A stretch of DNA of 64,000 nt, taken from IMG/VR virus record IMGVR_UViG_2923519811_000002, positions 32,001-96,000 of that record; one strand, 5' to 3'. Origin of the DNA: a virus. Lineage: Duplodnaviria; Caudoviricetes. The notes beneath the pieces are model-generated. The model worked only from the letters and a program-made list of their open reading frames with translations, was not told where the DNA came from and did not search any database. The translations under genes and the position numbers were made by a program. Positions 1 through 8,419 of the stretch are shown piece after piece (within the stretch, counting starts at the first letter, position 1; every line of letters begins with the position of its first letter).

Positions 1-33
1 TCGTGCGCCAGGTAGGTGCGGCGGTTCGACATA

Positions 34-414
34 TCAGCTCTCCAGCGAGGGGGTGCCGTTCAATGGCGTGGTGTCAGCCTGGGCTTGGCGGTTGAGCATG
101 TTCATCGCTTTCTCACTTTCATCAGCCCTGACCGACTGGACGAGCGCCGCCAGTTGGTCCTCGGTGAACATGTAGATGGTGGCGTCGAACCTGATTCCCT
201 GGGACGGCGCGCCGCACTCCTCGGCCTTGATTGCGCTGAGGAGCACCTGTTCAGTCATCTGGGCAAGCTGTCGCGAGATCGCACGGAGGGCGCGTTGCCG
301 AATTGCCTCTGCGTCAATGCCGGATAACTCTCCACTGTGAAAGAAAGCCCCGCCATGCCAGCGGGCTCTGGACAACAGCACCCAGGGCTTCTGGTCGAAT
401 GGATTGATGTTCAT
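34..414 (-). CDS. Phage hypothetical protein
   Basis: 126-aa ORF co-oriented with the lysis cassette, with a purine-rich RBS. Confidence 0.6.
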   Translation of the reverse strand: MNINPFDQKPWVLLSRARWHGGAFFHSGELSGIDAEAIRQRALRAISRQLAQMTEQVLLSAIKAEECGAPSQGIRFDATIYMFTEDQLAALVQSVRADESEKAMNMLNRQAQADTTPLNGTPSLES

Positions 415-433
415 GGTCTGCCCCCTTGAACGG

Positions 434-682
434 TTACTGGTTGTAGGTGGCCTTCACGGCCTCGACGAGACCCTGGTGGCGCCTCTGGCACTCCAGGTAC
501 TGGCCCGACATCTCAACGTCGGCCAGGGTGAGTTCTGCGGGGTCGCCCGTTCCGTCCTCAGCGATCGGCACCGGCCGGAGATCCGGGCACGGCTGCAGCA
601 GGGACTGTTCCACCAGCACGGGCGGCGTTGATGTTGCGCATCCAGCCAGCAGGCAGGCGGCAAGCAGGGTCCATCGGCTCAC
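434..682 (-). CDS. o-spanin (Rz1-like lipoprotein)
   Basis: GTG start, lipobox LLAGC, Pro-rich; overlaps the i-spanin. Confidence 0.75.
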   Translation of the reverse strand: MSRWTLLAACLLAGCATSTPPVLVEQSLLQPCPDLRPVPIAEDGTGDPAELTLADVEMSGQYLECQRRHQGLVEAVKATYNQ

Positions 683-929
683 GGATGACCTCCTGGCGGG
701 TTCTCTGGTAGATCGTGGTGTTGGTGACGCGGATCTGGGCGATGGCCTGATTCGTGGACGCGGCCACCTGGTCGACGACGCTGCGCGCCAGTGCCTGCTG
801 GTCCAGCTGCGCCTGCAGGCGGATCGCGTCGTCGCTCCCCTCTTTCCAGCCGCGAACACTCCAGCCGATGGCCAGGCCGAGAACGGTCAGGACGGCGTAG
901 GCCGCCAGGCGCAGGGTGTCGATGTTCAT
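558..929 (-). CDS. i-spanin (Rz-like)
   Basis: N-terminal TM (LAAYAVLTVLGLAIGW) then helical region; follows the endolysin. Confidence 0.75.
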   Translation of the reverse strand: MNIDTLRLAAYAVLTVLGLAIGWSVRGWKEGSDDAIRLQAQLDQQALARSVVDQVAASTNQAIAQIRVTNTTIYQRTRQEVIREPMDPACRLPAGWMRNINAARAGGTVPAAAVPGSPAGADR

Positions 930-1456
930 AGGCCGCAGAGCTCCGCTTCGCCCTGCCGGCGCTCCCAGACGCCGCTGCAGTACGGTTGGTCGGTCGAGCA
1001 GTCGATCTTCACCCCTTCCCGGGTGATGAACCGCCACTGCAGCAGCGCGCGGCAGCCGGCGGCCTGGTTGCCCTGGTTGAGCAGGCGCACCGCGGTGGAC
1101 TTGCCGCAGGCAGCGTTGCCCACGTTGAAGCACCAACTGCCCACGCCGGCCCAGGCGGGCTCGCTCATGGGCACCCGGATGATGCTGTGCACGTAGGCCA
1201 GGCGCTGGCCGATCTCGGTCTTGCGCCAGGTGTCGCACTGGGCCTTGGTCATGACGGTGTCGCGGGTGACGCCGGCCGTCTTGCCATCGCACACGGTCCA
1301 GACCTTGGCGCCGTCCTGGTAGGCCTTCAGCTCGTAGCGGTCGCCGCTCTCCTTCTCCCGGATGAACTGGTCCATGATCTGCGGCGCCGAGGCACCAGCG
1401 GCCACCAGGGCCAGCACGGCAGCACTCAGCGCCGTGCGCTTCCTACTGGTCGTCAT
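926..1456 (-). CDS. Endolysin, GH24 lysozyme with SAR-like N-terminus
   Basis: Ala-rich N-terminal segment; E..AYQD..VWTVCDG.T catalytic pattern; FNVG motif. Confidence 0.88.
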   Translation of the reverse strand: MTTSRKRTALSAAVLALVAAGASAPQIMDQFIREKESGDRYELKAYQDGAKVWTVCDGKTAGVTRDTVMTKAQCDTWRKTEIGQRLAYVHSIIRVPMSEPAWAGVGSWCFNVGNAACGKSTAVRLLNQGNQAAGCRALLQWRFITREGVKIDCSTDQPYCSGVWERRQGEAELCGL

Positions 1457-1667
1457 CGTTGCGCACCTTCGGCTGGGCCACGAGGCGGAGGAGCACCCCG
1501 GCCAGCATGGCCAGGGCCGTGAGGAGGATGCTGGGCAGCAGGCCCAGGTTGAGGACGGCGCGGATCTCGTCGATGAAGGGGCTGGTGGCGGCCAGCAGCG
1601 TCAGGGCGACGATCCACCACACGCTGTACATGCGCCAGAAGCGGCGCCATTGCGGGATCAGCTTCAT
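1443..1667 (-). CDS. Holin-like membrane protein
   Basis: 74 aa (MKLIPQWRRFWRMYSVW...), two TM segments, directly upstream of the endolysin. Confidence 0.7.
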   Translation of the reverse strand: MKLIPQWRRFWRMYSVWWIVALTLLAATSPFIDEIRAVLNLGLLPSILLTALAMLAGVLLRLVAQPKVRNDDDQ

Positions 1668-2086
1668 TTGCACTTCCCCGTGACGGTGCACTCCAGCCGC
1701 TGTACCTGGCGCTCCAGCTCGCTGGCACGGCCGGCGGCGGCCTTGTAGTCGGTGATCTCGCGCAGCACGAACCACTGCAGCGCGCCGAACAGCACGGCGC
1801 CGACGGCGAAGCCGCCTACACAGCGGTTGAGCCAGCGCGTGGCCAGGTCGCGGGCGCCGTGGGCCACCTGGAATGCCGAGTCGAGGTCGGCGCGGATGCT
1901 GGCGATCGCCCGTTCGTTGCTCTCCTGGGAACGGCGCACCTCGGTGTCCAGCCGGTCGCTGCGGTCCTGCAGACGCTGCATCTGCAGCTGCATCTGGATG
2001 ACCACGTCCATTTTCCCGCCGATCTCGGAGACCACGCGGTGGAGGCCGGCGACCTCCTGGTTGAGCAGTGCGAGCTCTGTTTGCAT
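1664..2086 (-). CDS. Coiled-coil protein with C-terminal TM (lysis cassette)
   Basis: MQTELALLN... coiled coil plus hydrophobic GGFAVGAVLFGALQWFVL; 4-nt overlap with holin. Confidence 0.65.
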   Translation of the reverse strand: MQTELALLNQEVAGLHRVVSEIGGKMDVVIQMQLQMQRLQDRSDRLDTEVRRSQESNERAIASIRADLDSAFQVAHGARDLATRWLNRCVGGFAVGAVLFGALQWFVLREITDYKAAAGRASELERQVQRLECTVTGKCK

Positions 2087-2241
2087 GTTCGGGTCGTCCA
2101 CGTGGGGCGTCCTTGCGATGTTCGGATGGCTCGACGCTATGTCACTGGCCGACACCCGCAACCCTTGCAAAGCACTTTCCAGTTACAGAGCGTCGCCTTT
2201 TCACATCCCGGGCAACGGCCCAACAGAACGAGGAAACGACG

Positions 2242-2514
2242 ATGGGGCAGAACATCGACCAGGTGGACGACAACGAGTACATGGCAGTGACCGAGGCCAT
2301 GGCGGTATTCGGCGAAGAGATCGAGCAGCGCGGCAGCCGCACCTGGCTGGGCATCTCCCTGGCCGAGGACGGCTGCGAGATCGCAGCACTGGGCGGCAGG
2401 GTCAGCGCTGAGGCACTGGATCGCCTCGAAACCCTGCTCACCCAGCTCCGTGTGAGCGCCCAGGACGTGCCGGACGGCGAGCCGGTTGTGCTGCACCTCT
2501 CGCCGGAGGCCTAA
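2242..2514 (+). CDS. Small acidic hypothetical protein, opposite strand (moron-like)
   Basis: ATG 2242 with GAGGA RBS; 90 aa. Confidence 0.6.
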   Translation: MGQNIDQVDDNEYMAVTEAMAVFGEEIEQRGSRTWLGISLAEDGCEIAALGGRVSAEALDRLETLLTQLRVSAQDVPDGEPVVLHLSPEA

Positions 2515-2720
2515 CGCGGGCCAGCCAGGGCTCCGTCGTTGAACCGCGACCGCCTGAGCCCTGGCGTCAATGCCTCCTGCCAGTTGCTGCCCCGGTACCG
2601 GCGCTGCCGGACGGTGCCCCACTTCAGCCCCCGCGCCGCCGCCCAGGCCAACGCGGTCATCTCCTGATCGCCCAGCCGCACCTTCATGTCCGCGGCGCAC
2701 GTCATCTCCTCATGACGCAT
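2511..2720 (-). CDS. Small putative DNA-binding protein
   Basis: GAGGAGG RBS; T..AWA...GL..GTV.QR pattern like HTH tails of phage HNH proteins. Confidence 0.55.
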   Translation of the reverse strand: MRHEEMTCAADMKVRLGDQEMTALAWAAARGLKWGTVRQRRYRGSNWQEALTPGLRRSRFNDGALAGPR

Positions 2721-2730
2721 ACCCACCTCC

Positions 2731-3351
2731 TCACCCGCTGGTCGCTTCCTTTTCCAACTGCAGCGCCAAGGCCTGATACCGGGCCTTGATCGCCTTCAGG
2801 TCTTCGATCGAATAGCGGCAGGCCTCATGAGGCCCTTCCAGGGCCTCGACGCGCTCCAGGCCGATCTTCTCGATCAGGCGTGCGCGGTAGCCTTCCGCAA
2901 CGGTGCGGCCCTTGCGGGCGTACTTGCTGGACCCGCCGTTGCAGCTCTTCAGCTGCTTGTGGCAGTTGTCCTCGTTGAACCGCAGCTCCGGGTGAGAGCC
3001 GCGCGACAGGTAGTGGCCGGCATCCCATTTGCCGCCGGTGAGCCAGTCCTCGTCCGGGCCGTAGCTGCCACAGCAGATGCACGGCTGATCGCGATCGCGC
3101 AGGCGGATGAACTTGTTGAAGGCAGCCTGGGCTTCACTCAGGTGCTTGTGGTGAGGCTTGAGCCGCTGCCGAGCCGCGCGCAGGTCGCGGCGCTCCAGCT
3201 TCTCCAGGGAAACTCGCTCGCGTGCCTGCTTGGCCTTCGCAAGGCTCAAGGCGCAGGCGATGCTGCAGGCCACCTGCAGCGACTTCACGGGGATGAACAG
3301 CTCAGAGCAGGCCCGGCACTTCTTCGGCCGGGGGGCTTTTGAGGCCCTCAT
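2731..3351 (-). CDS. ninG: NinG/Rap-family endonuclease
   Basis: CxxC...CSxxC N-terminus, FNKFIRLRD, PCICCG, DAGHYLSRG, RFNEDNCH. Confidence 0.88.
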   Translation of the reverse strand: MRASKAPRPKKCRACSELFIPVKSLQVACSIACALSLAKAKQARERVSLEKLERRDLRAARQRLKPHHKHLSEAQAAFNKFIRLRDRDQPCICCGSYGPDEDWLTGGKWDAGHYLSRGSHPELRFNEDNCHKQLKSCNGGSSKYARKGRTVAEGYRARLIEKIGLERVEALEGPHEACRYSIEDLKAIKARYQALALQLEKEATSG

Positions 3352-3902
3352 CAGGCCACCTCCGAGGGCATCATCTGCACCATGTCGTTGATCTGGTCTT
3401 CGTCCAGGTGCTGCCAGTAGGTGTCGATCAGGTAGCGGCTGATGCCGCGCCAGAACTCGCCGAAGTGTTCCTCAGGCATCTGGTCGAATGCCAGGGACTC
3501 CGGCACGCTGCGCGTCACCCGGCCCAGCGAGCCGAGGTCGAACACCTCGTCGGTGCAGCAGACGCCGGCATCGCCCTGGAGCTTCTTGATCACCGAGTGC
3601 GCGTCCATGCCGGCGAACTTGTCGATGCTCTGCGCCACCAACTGGCCCAGGCGGTGCACCCGCCGGTGGCGGCGCTCGTCGCGGGGCTGCTTCAGCTCGG
3701 CGCGCACACGGTCGCCGGCCCGGTAGCTGCGCTCCTTCAGCAGGAACCGGTCGACGTCGCTGCCCGCGACCAGGGCCAGGCGCACCTCGCCGGTGTCCGG
3801 GTCCACCATGCGCTTGAATTCGAGGTAAACGGGGCGGTTGGTGCGTTTCTTCGGCGCCGCCTTCTTCGGGGCGGCAGAGGTCGCTGCGGCTTCATTGCGC
3901 AT
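3351..3902 (-). CDS. Nin-region protein (DUF1367/NinB-like, tentative)
   Basis: 183 aa; SLAFDQM.E..F motif; position upstream of ninG. Confidence 0.55.
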   Translation of the reverse strand: MRNEAAATSAAPKKAAPKKRTNRPVYLEFKRMVDPDTGEVRLALVAGSDVDRFLLKERSYRAGDRVRAELKQPRDERRHRRVHRLGQLVAQSIDKFAGMDAHSVIKKLQGDAGVCCTDEVFDLGSLGRVTRSVPESLAFDQMPEEHFGEFWRGISRYLIDTYWQHLDEDQINDMVQMMPSEVA

Positions 3903-4743
3903 GACGCTGCTCCTGTAGTTCCTGGATGGTCTGGAGGGCGGCCCGGCGCTTCTTGGCCAACTCGCGGCGCTCCTTCAGCTTCGCGACCCGGCGCTCCTCG
4001 TCCTTCTGCCCACGGCTGGCGGCCATGCTCTGGCGGATCCGCTGCAGCTGCTCGCGCACGTCCAGGGAGCACTTGCCCTCCCCGGCCTCGGCCTTCAGCG
4101 CCTCACGGGTCTTTTCATCGGCGGTCAGCGCCAGCAGGCCGTCAGCAGAGGGGCCCGCCAGCAGCCCGACGATGGCGCGGCCCTCGGCGGTGATCTGGCC
4201 GACCGCGTGGTGGGCGAGCAGCGCCTGCGCCTGGGGCGCAGGCAGCCGGCCGAGACGCTCGGCGCTCTCGATCGCACTGGCGCGCCGCTCGGCGTCGTGG
4301 CCCAGCGACAGCGACCACGCCAACGGCGTGCCCACCTGGCGCGCGGTGGTGACCAGCCGCTCGTAGGTGGCGATGAACGCCATGCGGGCACCGATCTTGT
4401 CCCCAGCGCGGAAAACGCTCTCAGCCGAGGCTGCCGCCTGCTGGATCTCCGGCGTCATCAGCACCGTCTCCGCCTCGTCGTAGCTGGTCATGGCGATCGC
4501 CCAGGCCTCGTTCGCCTCGGGCCGCCCGTCCTGCGTCACCAGGTGGCGGATCACGTTCTCCGGGGTGAGCTTCTGACCGGCACGTCGCAAGGCAGACAGC
4601 GCTTCTACCAACGGCTTCTCGTCGTAGATCTTCAGGTCAGCGACCATCAGTGCCGCAGCGCGTGGCTGCAGCTGCTGGTCCAGAATCTCGGCAGTGGCGT
4701 ACAGGGACGCCAGCAGGTGCTCCTGCTGAAGCTCGCTAAGCAT
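3892..4743 (-). CDS. Replication protein, P-like helicase loader (inferred)
   Basis: Follows initiator; GRPEANEAWA and GARMAF motifs typical of this phage family. Confidence 0.6.
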   Translation of the reverse strand: MLSELQQEHLLASLYATAEILDQQLQPRAAALMVADLKIYDEKPLVEALSALRRAGQKLTPENVIRHLVTQDGRPEANEAWAIAMTSYDEAETVLMTPEIQQAAASAESVFRAGDKIGARMAFIATYERLVTTARQVGTPLAWSLSLGHDAERRASAIESAERLGRLPAPQAQALLAHHAVGQITAEGRAIVGLLAGPSADGLLALTADEKTREALKAEAGEGKCSLDVREQLQRIRQSMAASRGQKDEERRVAKLKERRELAKKRRAALQTIQELQEQRHAQ

Positions 4744-5770
4744 GGCCAGCCCTCGATGCACGTAGGATTTCCAGGGCCTGCTCAGCGGCGGACAGGTTCG
4801 AGTCGCTGCGCTCAGCCTGGCGAGCCTGGGTGTGGGTGATGGGGTTCTCGGTCTTCCACTGGGTGTGGTAGCCCTCGGCGTTGGCCAGGAGGGCCTTCAG
4901 CGAGTGGCACCCACGGAGGACACTGGCGTCGTTCACCCGCAGGACGAAGAACGCGGCGACCTTGGGTGCGTCCGCCTGGCCGAGGCGATCCACCAGCTTC
5001 CCGAGCATTCCGCCGACAGTGGCGTTCCACACCGGCCAGGTCTTGTGGCGGTTGCGGTAGGCGATGGCGTAGTTGGCCCAGGTCCTGAACGTCTTGCAGG
5101 TGGTGTCCTTCGGCCCGGGCATGTCAGCGGGGATCTCGCAGCGCGGCGCCGGCTGCTCCCCAGCGGGAATGAATTCCTGCGCCGGGGCCTGAATAGGCCC
5201 TCCGGCAAAACCCTGATTGGTACCCTGATCCTTGGTACCCTGATTACTGGTTACCTGATTTGTCGGAGATTTTTCCGACCCTCTGCGGATTTTTTTCCGA
5301 CCTTCCCCGGATTTTTTTCCGACCTCGCTCGGATTTTTTTCCGACCCTGCCACCTCCTTCTGCTCGGATTTTTTTCCGAGGTCGGAAGATTTTCCGGGCT
5401 CGGAAGATTTTCCGAGGTCGGATTTTTTTCCGGGGGGTGTGTACTTCTCCGAGCCATCTAGCTTGCGGTTCCACTCCTGGCCCTTCGGGGTCAGGCGGAA
5501 CAGCGTGATGCTCGACGTACTGGACAGCACGATGACGCCGGCCGCCTGCAACTGCTTCAGCAGCCGGTAGGCGGTGTCCGGTTTATCGGTGAGCAGCGGC
5601 AACTCCTCGAGGACCTTCGCCTTGCTCAGCGAGTAGAAGGTCTCGCCGCCCTGCTCTACCGGTGTCGCCCAGCTCGGGCACTCGTAGACGAAGGCGAACA
5701 TCAAGGCCTGCTGGGCGTTGAGTCCCCACTCCAGCGCCTTGACCTGGTTGATCGTGATTGTGAATTGCAT
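4736..5770 (-). CDS. Phage replication initiator (O-like)
   Basis: N-terminal wHTH (LPLLTDKPDTAYRLLKQL), central low-complexity linker encoded by iterons. Confidence 0.8.
   Translation of the reverse strand: MQFTITINQVKALEWGLNAQQALMFAFVYECPSWATPVEQGGETFYSLSKAKVLEELPLLTDKPDTAYRLLKQLQAAGVIVLSSTSSITLFRLTPKGQEWNRKLDGSEKYTPPGKKSDLGKSSEPGKSSDLGKKSEQKEVAGSEKNPSEVGKKSGEGRKKIRRGSEKSPTNQVTSNQGTKDQGTNQGFAGGPIQAPAQEFIPAGEQPAPRCEIPADMPGPKDTTCKTFRTWANYAIAYRNRHKTWPVWNATVGGMLGKLVDRLGQADAPKVAAFFVLRVNDASVLRGCHSLKALLANAEGYHTQWKTENPITHTQARQAERSDSNLSAAEQALEILRASRAGHA
5265..5433. repeat. Iteron array (putative phage origin)
   Basis: About 8 copies of GAT(T)nCCG, mostly CGGATTTTTTTCCGA, inside the initiator gene. 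Confidence 0.8.
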
Positions 5771-5894
5771 GTCAGCGAGCCCCCACAGCTCGATATCGAG
5801 GACGTGCAAAGAACTGCCCGGCCCCGATGGGCCAGCATGTGTCTGCATGTCGGTTTGCTCCCTGGATTGGGTGGCCACGGCTGCGGCTCCCGGA

Positions 5895-6083
5895 CTAGTC
5901 CTGGCTCTTGCGGCGGTAGAAGGGGGTCGCCCCGACACCGCCCGCACGGGGCCGCGATCGCGTGGCAACTTCGGCGTCCAGAAGCTGGCCGGCCAGCGCC
6001 TCGGCAGTCATGCCCCGGCGCAGCGCCTCGCGCTCCAGGCGAGCGAGCGTCATCTGGTCCAGCAGCAGATCGAGATCAGGCAC
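5895..6083 (-). CDS. Small hypothetical (RHH-like) protein
   Basis: 62 aa with GGAGG RBS in the early operon. Confidence 0.55.
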   Translation of the reverse strand: MPDLDLLLDQMTLARLEREALRRGMTAEALAGQLLDAEVATRSRPRAGGVGATPFYRRKSQD

Positions 6084-6101
6084 AGGGCCTCCTTCGGGCC
6101 T

Positions 6102-6299
6102 TCAGCCCCGCTTCTGCTCGTCGGTAAGCTCGCCTTCGAGCTGCTCCAAGAGATCCAACTGGGTCTTGAGCAACTCGCGGCAGAACGCGGCACGCTGGGC
6201 CTTACGGAACCGGGCCCAGCCTTCGATTCGCTCAGCGGTCTCTTCGTCGACGCGGATCTTGATCTCCACGTCGTTGAGGTGTTTCCGGTTTGGATACAT
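6102..6299 (-). CDS. Small regulator in the cII position
   Basis: MYPNRKHLNDVEIKIRVD...; GGAG RBS; downstream of cro. Confidence 0.6.
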   Translation of the reverse strand: MYPNRKHLNDVEIKIRVDEETAERIEGWARFRKAQRAAFCRELLKTQLDLLEQLEGELTDEQKRG

Positions 6300-6309
6300 G
6301 GTCTGGCTC

Positions 6310-6576
6310 CTACGCAGCTTCGTCTTGCTGCCCGGGCTTCGCCTGTTCAACGAATCGCTCGGGGTAAAGGACATGGATTTCGGTCAGCACACCGTCGAAG
6401 ACACGGACCAGCTTTTCGGCCATGGAAGGCGAAGCGCGTTGTTCACAGCGCTCAATCCGCGAGAGGTTTCCGGTGTCGATGTGCTCACCCAGGTCCCGCA
6501 GGCGCTGAGCAACGTCAGCGAGTCGCCACTGGCGAGCAAGGCGGGCCTTTTTGAGAGGGGTCATGGTCGGTTGCAT
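6310..6576 (-). CDS. cro: Cro-like XRE HTH regulator
   Basis: HTH with DTGNLSRIER; divergent from cI. Confidence 0.8.
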   Translation of the reverse strand: MQPTMTPLKKARLARQWRLADVAQRLRDLGEHIDTGNLSRIERCEQRASPSMAEKLVRVFDGVLTEIHVLYPERFVEQAKPGQQDEAA

Positions 6577-6605
6577 GGCAATACCCTGTGTGTGTGCCAA
6601 GCAAT

Positions 6606-6669
6606 TCTGCGCATAGCGCAGATTTATTTGCAAGAGAATCTGCGCCTGGCGCTTTGCGCGCCACGCAGA
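6606..6669. promoter_or_regulatory. OR-like operator cluster
   Basis: 17-bp palindrome TCTGCGC-ATA-GCGCAGA (6606) plus degenerate copies at 6639 and 6653 between cro and cI. Confidence 0.75.
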
Positions 6670-6689
6670 CGTCGGTGGAAAATCGGGCC

Positions 6690-7334
6690 ATGGACATTGG
6701 AAAAATCATTCGAACTGCGCGGAAAGCCAAACGCTGGACGCTCGAAGAACTGGCCTCTCGCGTAGGCTCCGACACCGGCAACCTCTCGCGCTTCGAGAGA
6801 GGACAGCAAGGCGCCAGCCAAGAGCTGCTCCAGAAGCTTCTGGCAGAACTCGGCATTACCCTGGCTGATGCTGCGTCGGCCGAACCCTCCGCGAACATTC
6901 AACCCACGCTGCAGCCTTCGCGCGCCCCGAAGGAGTACCCTGTTATCAGTTGGGTAGTCGCTGGAGAACGTGCATTGTCTCTCGATGCTTACTCGCCTGG
7001 CGTGGCGGAAGAATGGCTCGCCTCCACGGAAAGCGCGGGCCCGCACGGGTACTGGCTGATTGTGAGAGGACCCTCCATGACCAGCCCCTCTCCCCCGTCG
7101 TTCCCCGAGGGAACCCCCATCCTGGTGCAGCCAGAAGGCTTTGACCTGGTCAGCGGGAAGTTCTACATCGCGAAGCACCGCGACGGGGAAACCACCTTCA
7201 AGCAGTACATATATGACAGCGGCCGCGAGTATCTGGTCCCACTCAACAAAGAGTTCAAACAGGTTGAGATGGATGATCAGTGGGACATCATCGGTCGGGT
7301 CATCGACATGAAAGCGCCAAAGGGAGTCCTTTAG
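6690..7334 (+). CDS. cI: CI-like repressor (XRE HTH + S24 peptidase)
   Basis: HTH; VVAG cleavage-site motif; VRGPSM (Ser) and TTFK (Lys). Confidence 0.92.
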   Translation: MDIGKIIRTARKAKRWTLEELASRVGSDTGNLSRFERGQQGASQELLQKLLAELGITLADAASAEPSANIQPTLQPSRAPKEYPVISWVVAGERALSLDAYSPGVAEEWLASTESAGPHGYWLIVRGPSMTSPSPPSFPEGTPILVQPEGFDLVSGKFYIAKHRDGETTFKQYIYDSGREYLVPLNKEFKQVEMDDQWDIIGRVIDMKAPKGVL

Positions 7335-7358
7335 GGCGCACCCCTGCCAATATCCAAG

Positions 7359-7387
7359 AAGCCCAGCCTAGAGCTGGGCTTTTTTTT
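7359..7387 (+). terminator. Intrinsic terminator after cI
   Basis: AGCCCAGC-ctaga-GCTGGGCT followed by a T run. Confidence 0.85.
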
Positions 7388-7419
7388 GCCCTCTTGATCG
7401 ATAAAGGCCTACCGATATA

Positions 7420-7435
7420 CTGTATATCCATACAG
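7420..7435. promoter_or_regulatory. LexA (SOS) box
   Basis: CTGTATATCCATACAG = CTG-N10-CAG. Confidence 0.85.
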
Positions 7436-7450
7436 CAAAGGAGAGCCGTT

Positions 7451-7699
7451 ATGGCACGCAAAGCAAGCAATAGTCGCACGCCTACCCCCTATGAAATCCT
7501 CGCAAAGCGAGTTCAGCAGCAGATCCTAAGTCCGCTGTCACAGGCCGAGCGACGAGCTTTGATCCAGCGTAATCCCGAAGACGATCAATCTGCCTGGGAA
7601 CAGCTCCTCGATGAGTTGAGCCAGGAGGAAAGCGTAAAGATGACGCGCCGTGACGATGGAGCTGTACACCTCACCTGGGCAGCACCCACACCTTACTGA
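7451..7699 (+). CDS. DUF1654-like small protein
   Basis: 82 aa (YEILAKRVQ..I.SP..Q...W..LL.E...); own SOS box and terminator. Confidence 0.7.
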   Translation: MARKASNSRTPTPYEILAKRVQQQILSPLSQAERRALIQRNPEDDQSAWEQLLDELSQEESVKMTRRDDGAVHLTWAAPTPY

Positions 7700-7715
7700 C
7701 CCCCCCTCTCAGACG

Positions 7716-7741
7716 AGCCCGCCAATCGGCGGGTTTTTTAT
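7716..7741 (+). terminator. Intrinsic terminator
   Basis: GCCCGCC-aatc-GGCGGGT followed by T tract. Confidence 0.8.
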
Positions 7742-7751
7742 TGCCTCAAAT

Positions 7752-7814
7752 TCTGCGCTTGACGCAGATTACATTCTGCGCATAATGCAAACCACATTCT
7801 GCGCTATGCGCAGA
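7752..7814 (+). promoter_or_regulatory. OL-like operator triplet overlapping a pL-like promoter
   Basis: 17-bp sites at 7752, 7775 and 7798 (23-bp period); TTGACG(7759)-N16-CATAAT(7781). Confidence 0.82.
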
Positions 7815-7830
7815 TTCGGTGAGAACCGAA

Positions 7831-7842
7831 CGCTCTTTAACA
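7831..7842 (+). promoter_or_regulatory. boxA antitermination element
   Basis: CGCTCTTTAACA just downstream of the pL-like promoter. Confidence 0.7.
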
Positions 7843-8189
7843 ACCTGAACCCCCATGCCGGCTCTGGATACCGGCCTGCTCGAAGCTGCGACGCCCTTCT
7901 GGAGGCGACGCGCCGAGGGTTGCTTCGCTAACGCTCCCGGCCTGGACCCGTTGAAAGGGAAGAGTCTCCAGGCATAGCGGACAGGCGCGAAAGCGCTTGC
8001 GTTGATGGTTCGTGCCCAGCTGGTGGTGGCCTCGTAACCCCAGCCGCAACACGACTGCAGCGCTCGGCATGCCGGCGCCACGGTTCCCCTGACAGCCAGA
8101 AGCAAGACCGCGGGTTGTAGAAGCCCAGTAGGCGAACGCGGAGAGACGAACAACGCAAACCCGGGGTTTCGGCCCCGGGCTGCATTGGT

Positions 8190-8333
8190 GGGTGATCTGA
8201 ATGCGCAGGCTGATGCGTCAGCGCGGAGGGAGATGTAGGGGCGGAACTCCCCTGCTAAGTCTGGCCAGCGGATTGACTGAGGTGCCTCCCGTGAAACTGG
8301 TATGCCGGAGTTACAGCACCGGCCAGATCACCC
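8190..8333 (+). ncRNA. Candidate structured RNA in the early leader
   Basis: 10-bp closing stem GGGTGATCTG/CAGATCACCC enclosing several hairpins. Confidence 0.55.
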
Positions 8334-8419
8334 AACCCATGCAGCCACACCACGGCACCGAGTAACCCGCAGCCCTGCCGGTAGCAGGGCACCTCCCACC
8401 ACAACGAAAGGAAATCGAC

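Noticed and set aside
5265-5433. CRISPR-like array
   Set aside because: Units are about 20 bp, lack unique spacers and lie inside the initiator CDS; iterons fit better
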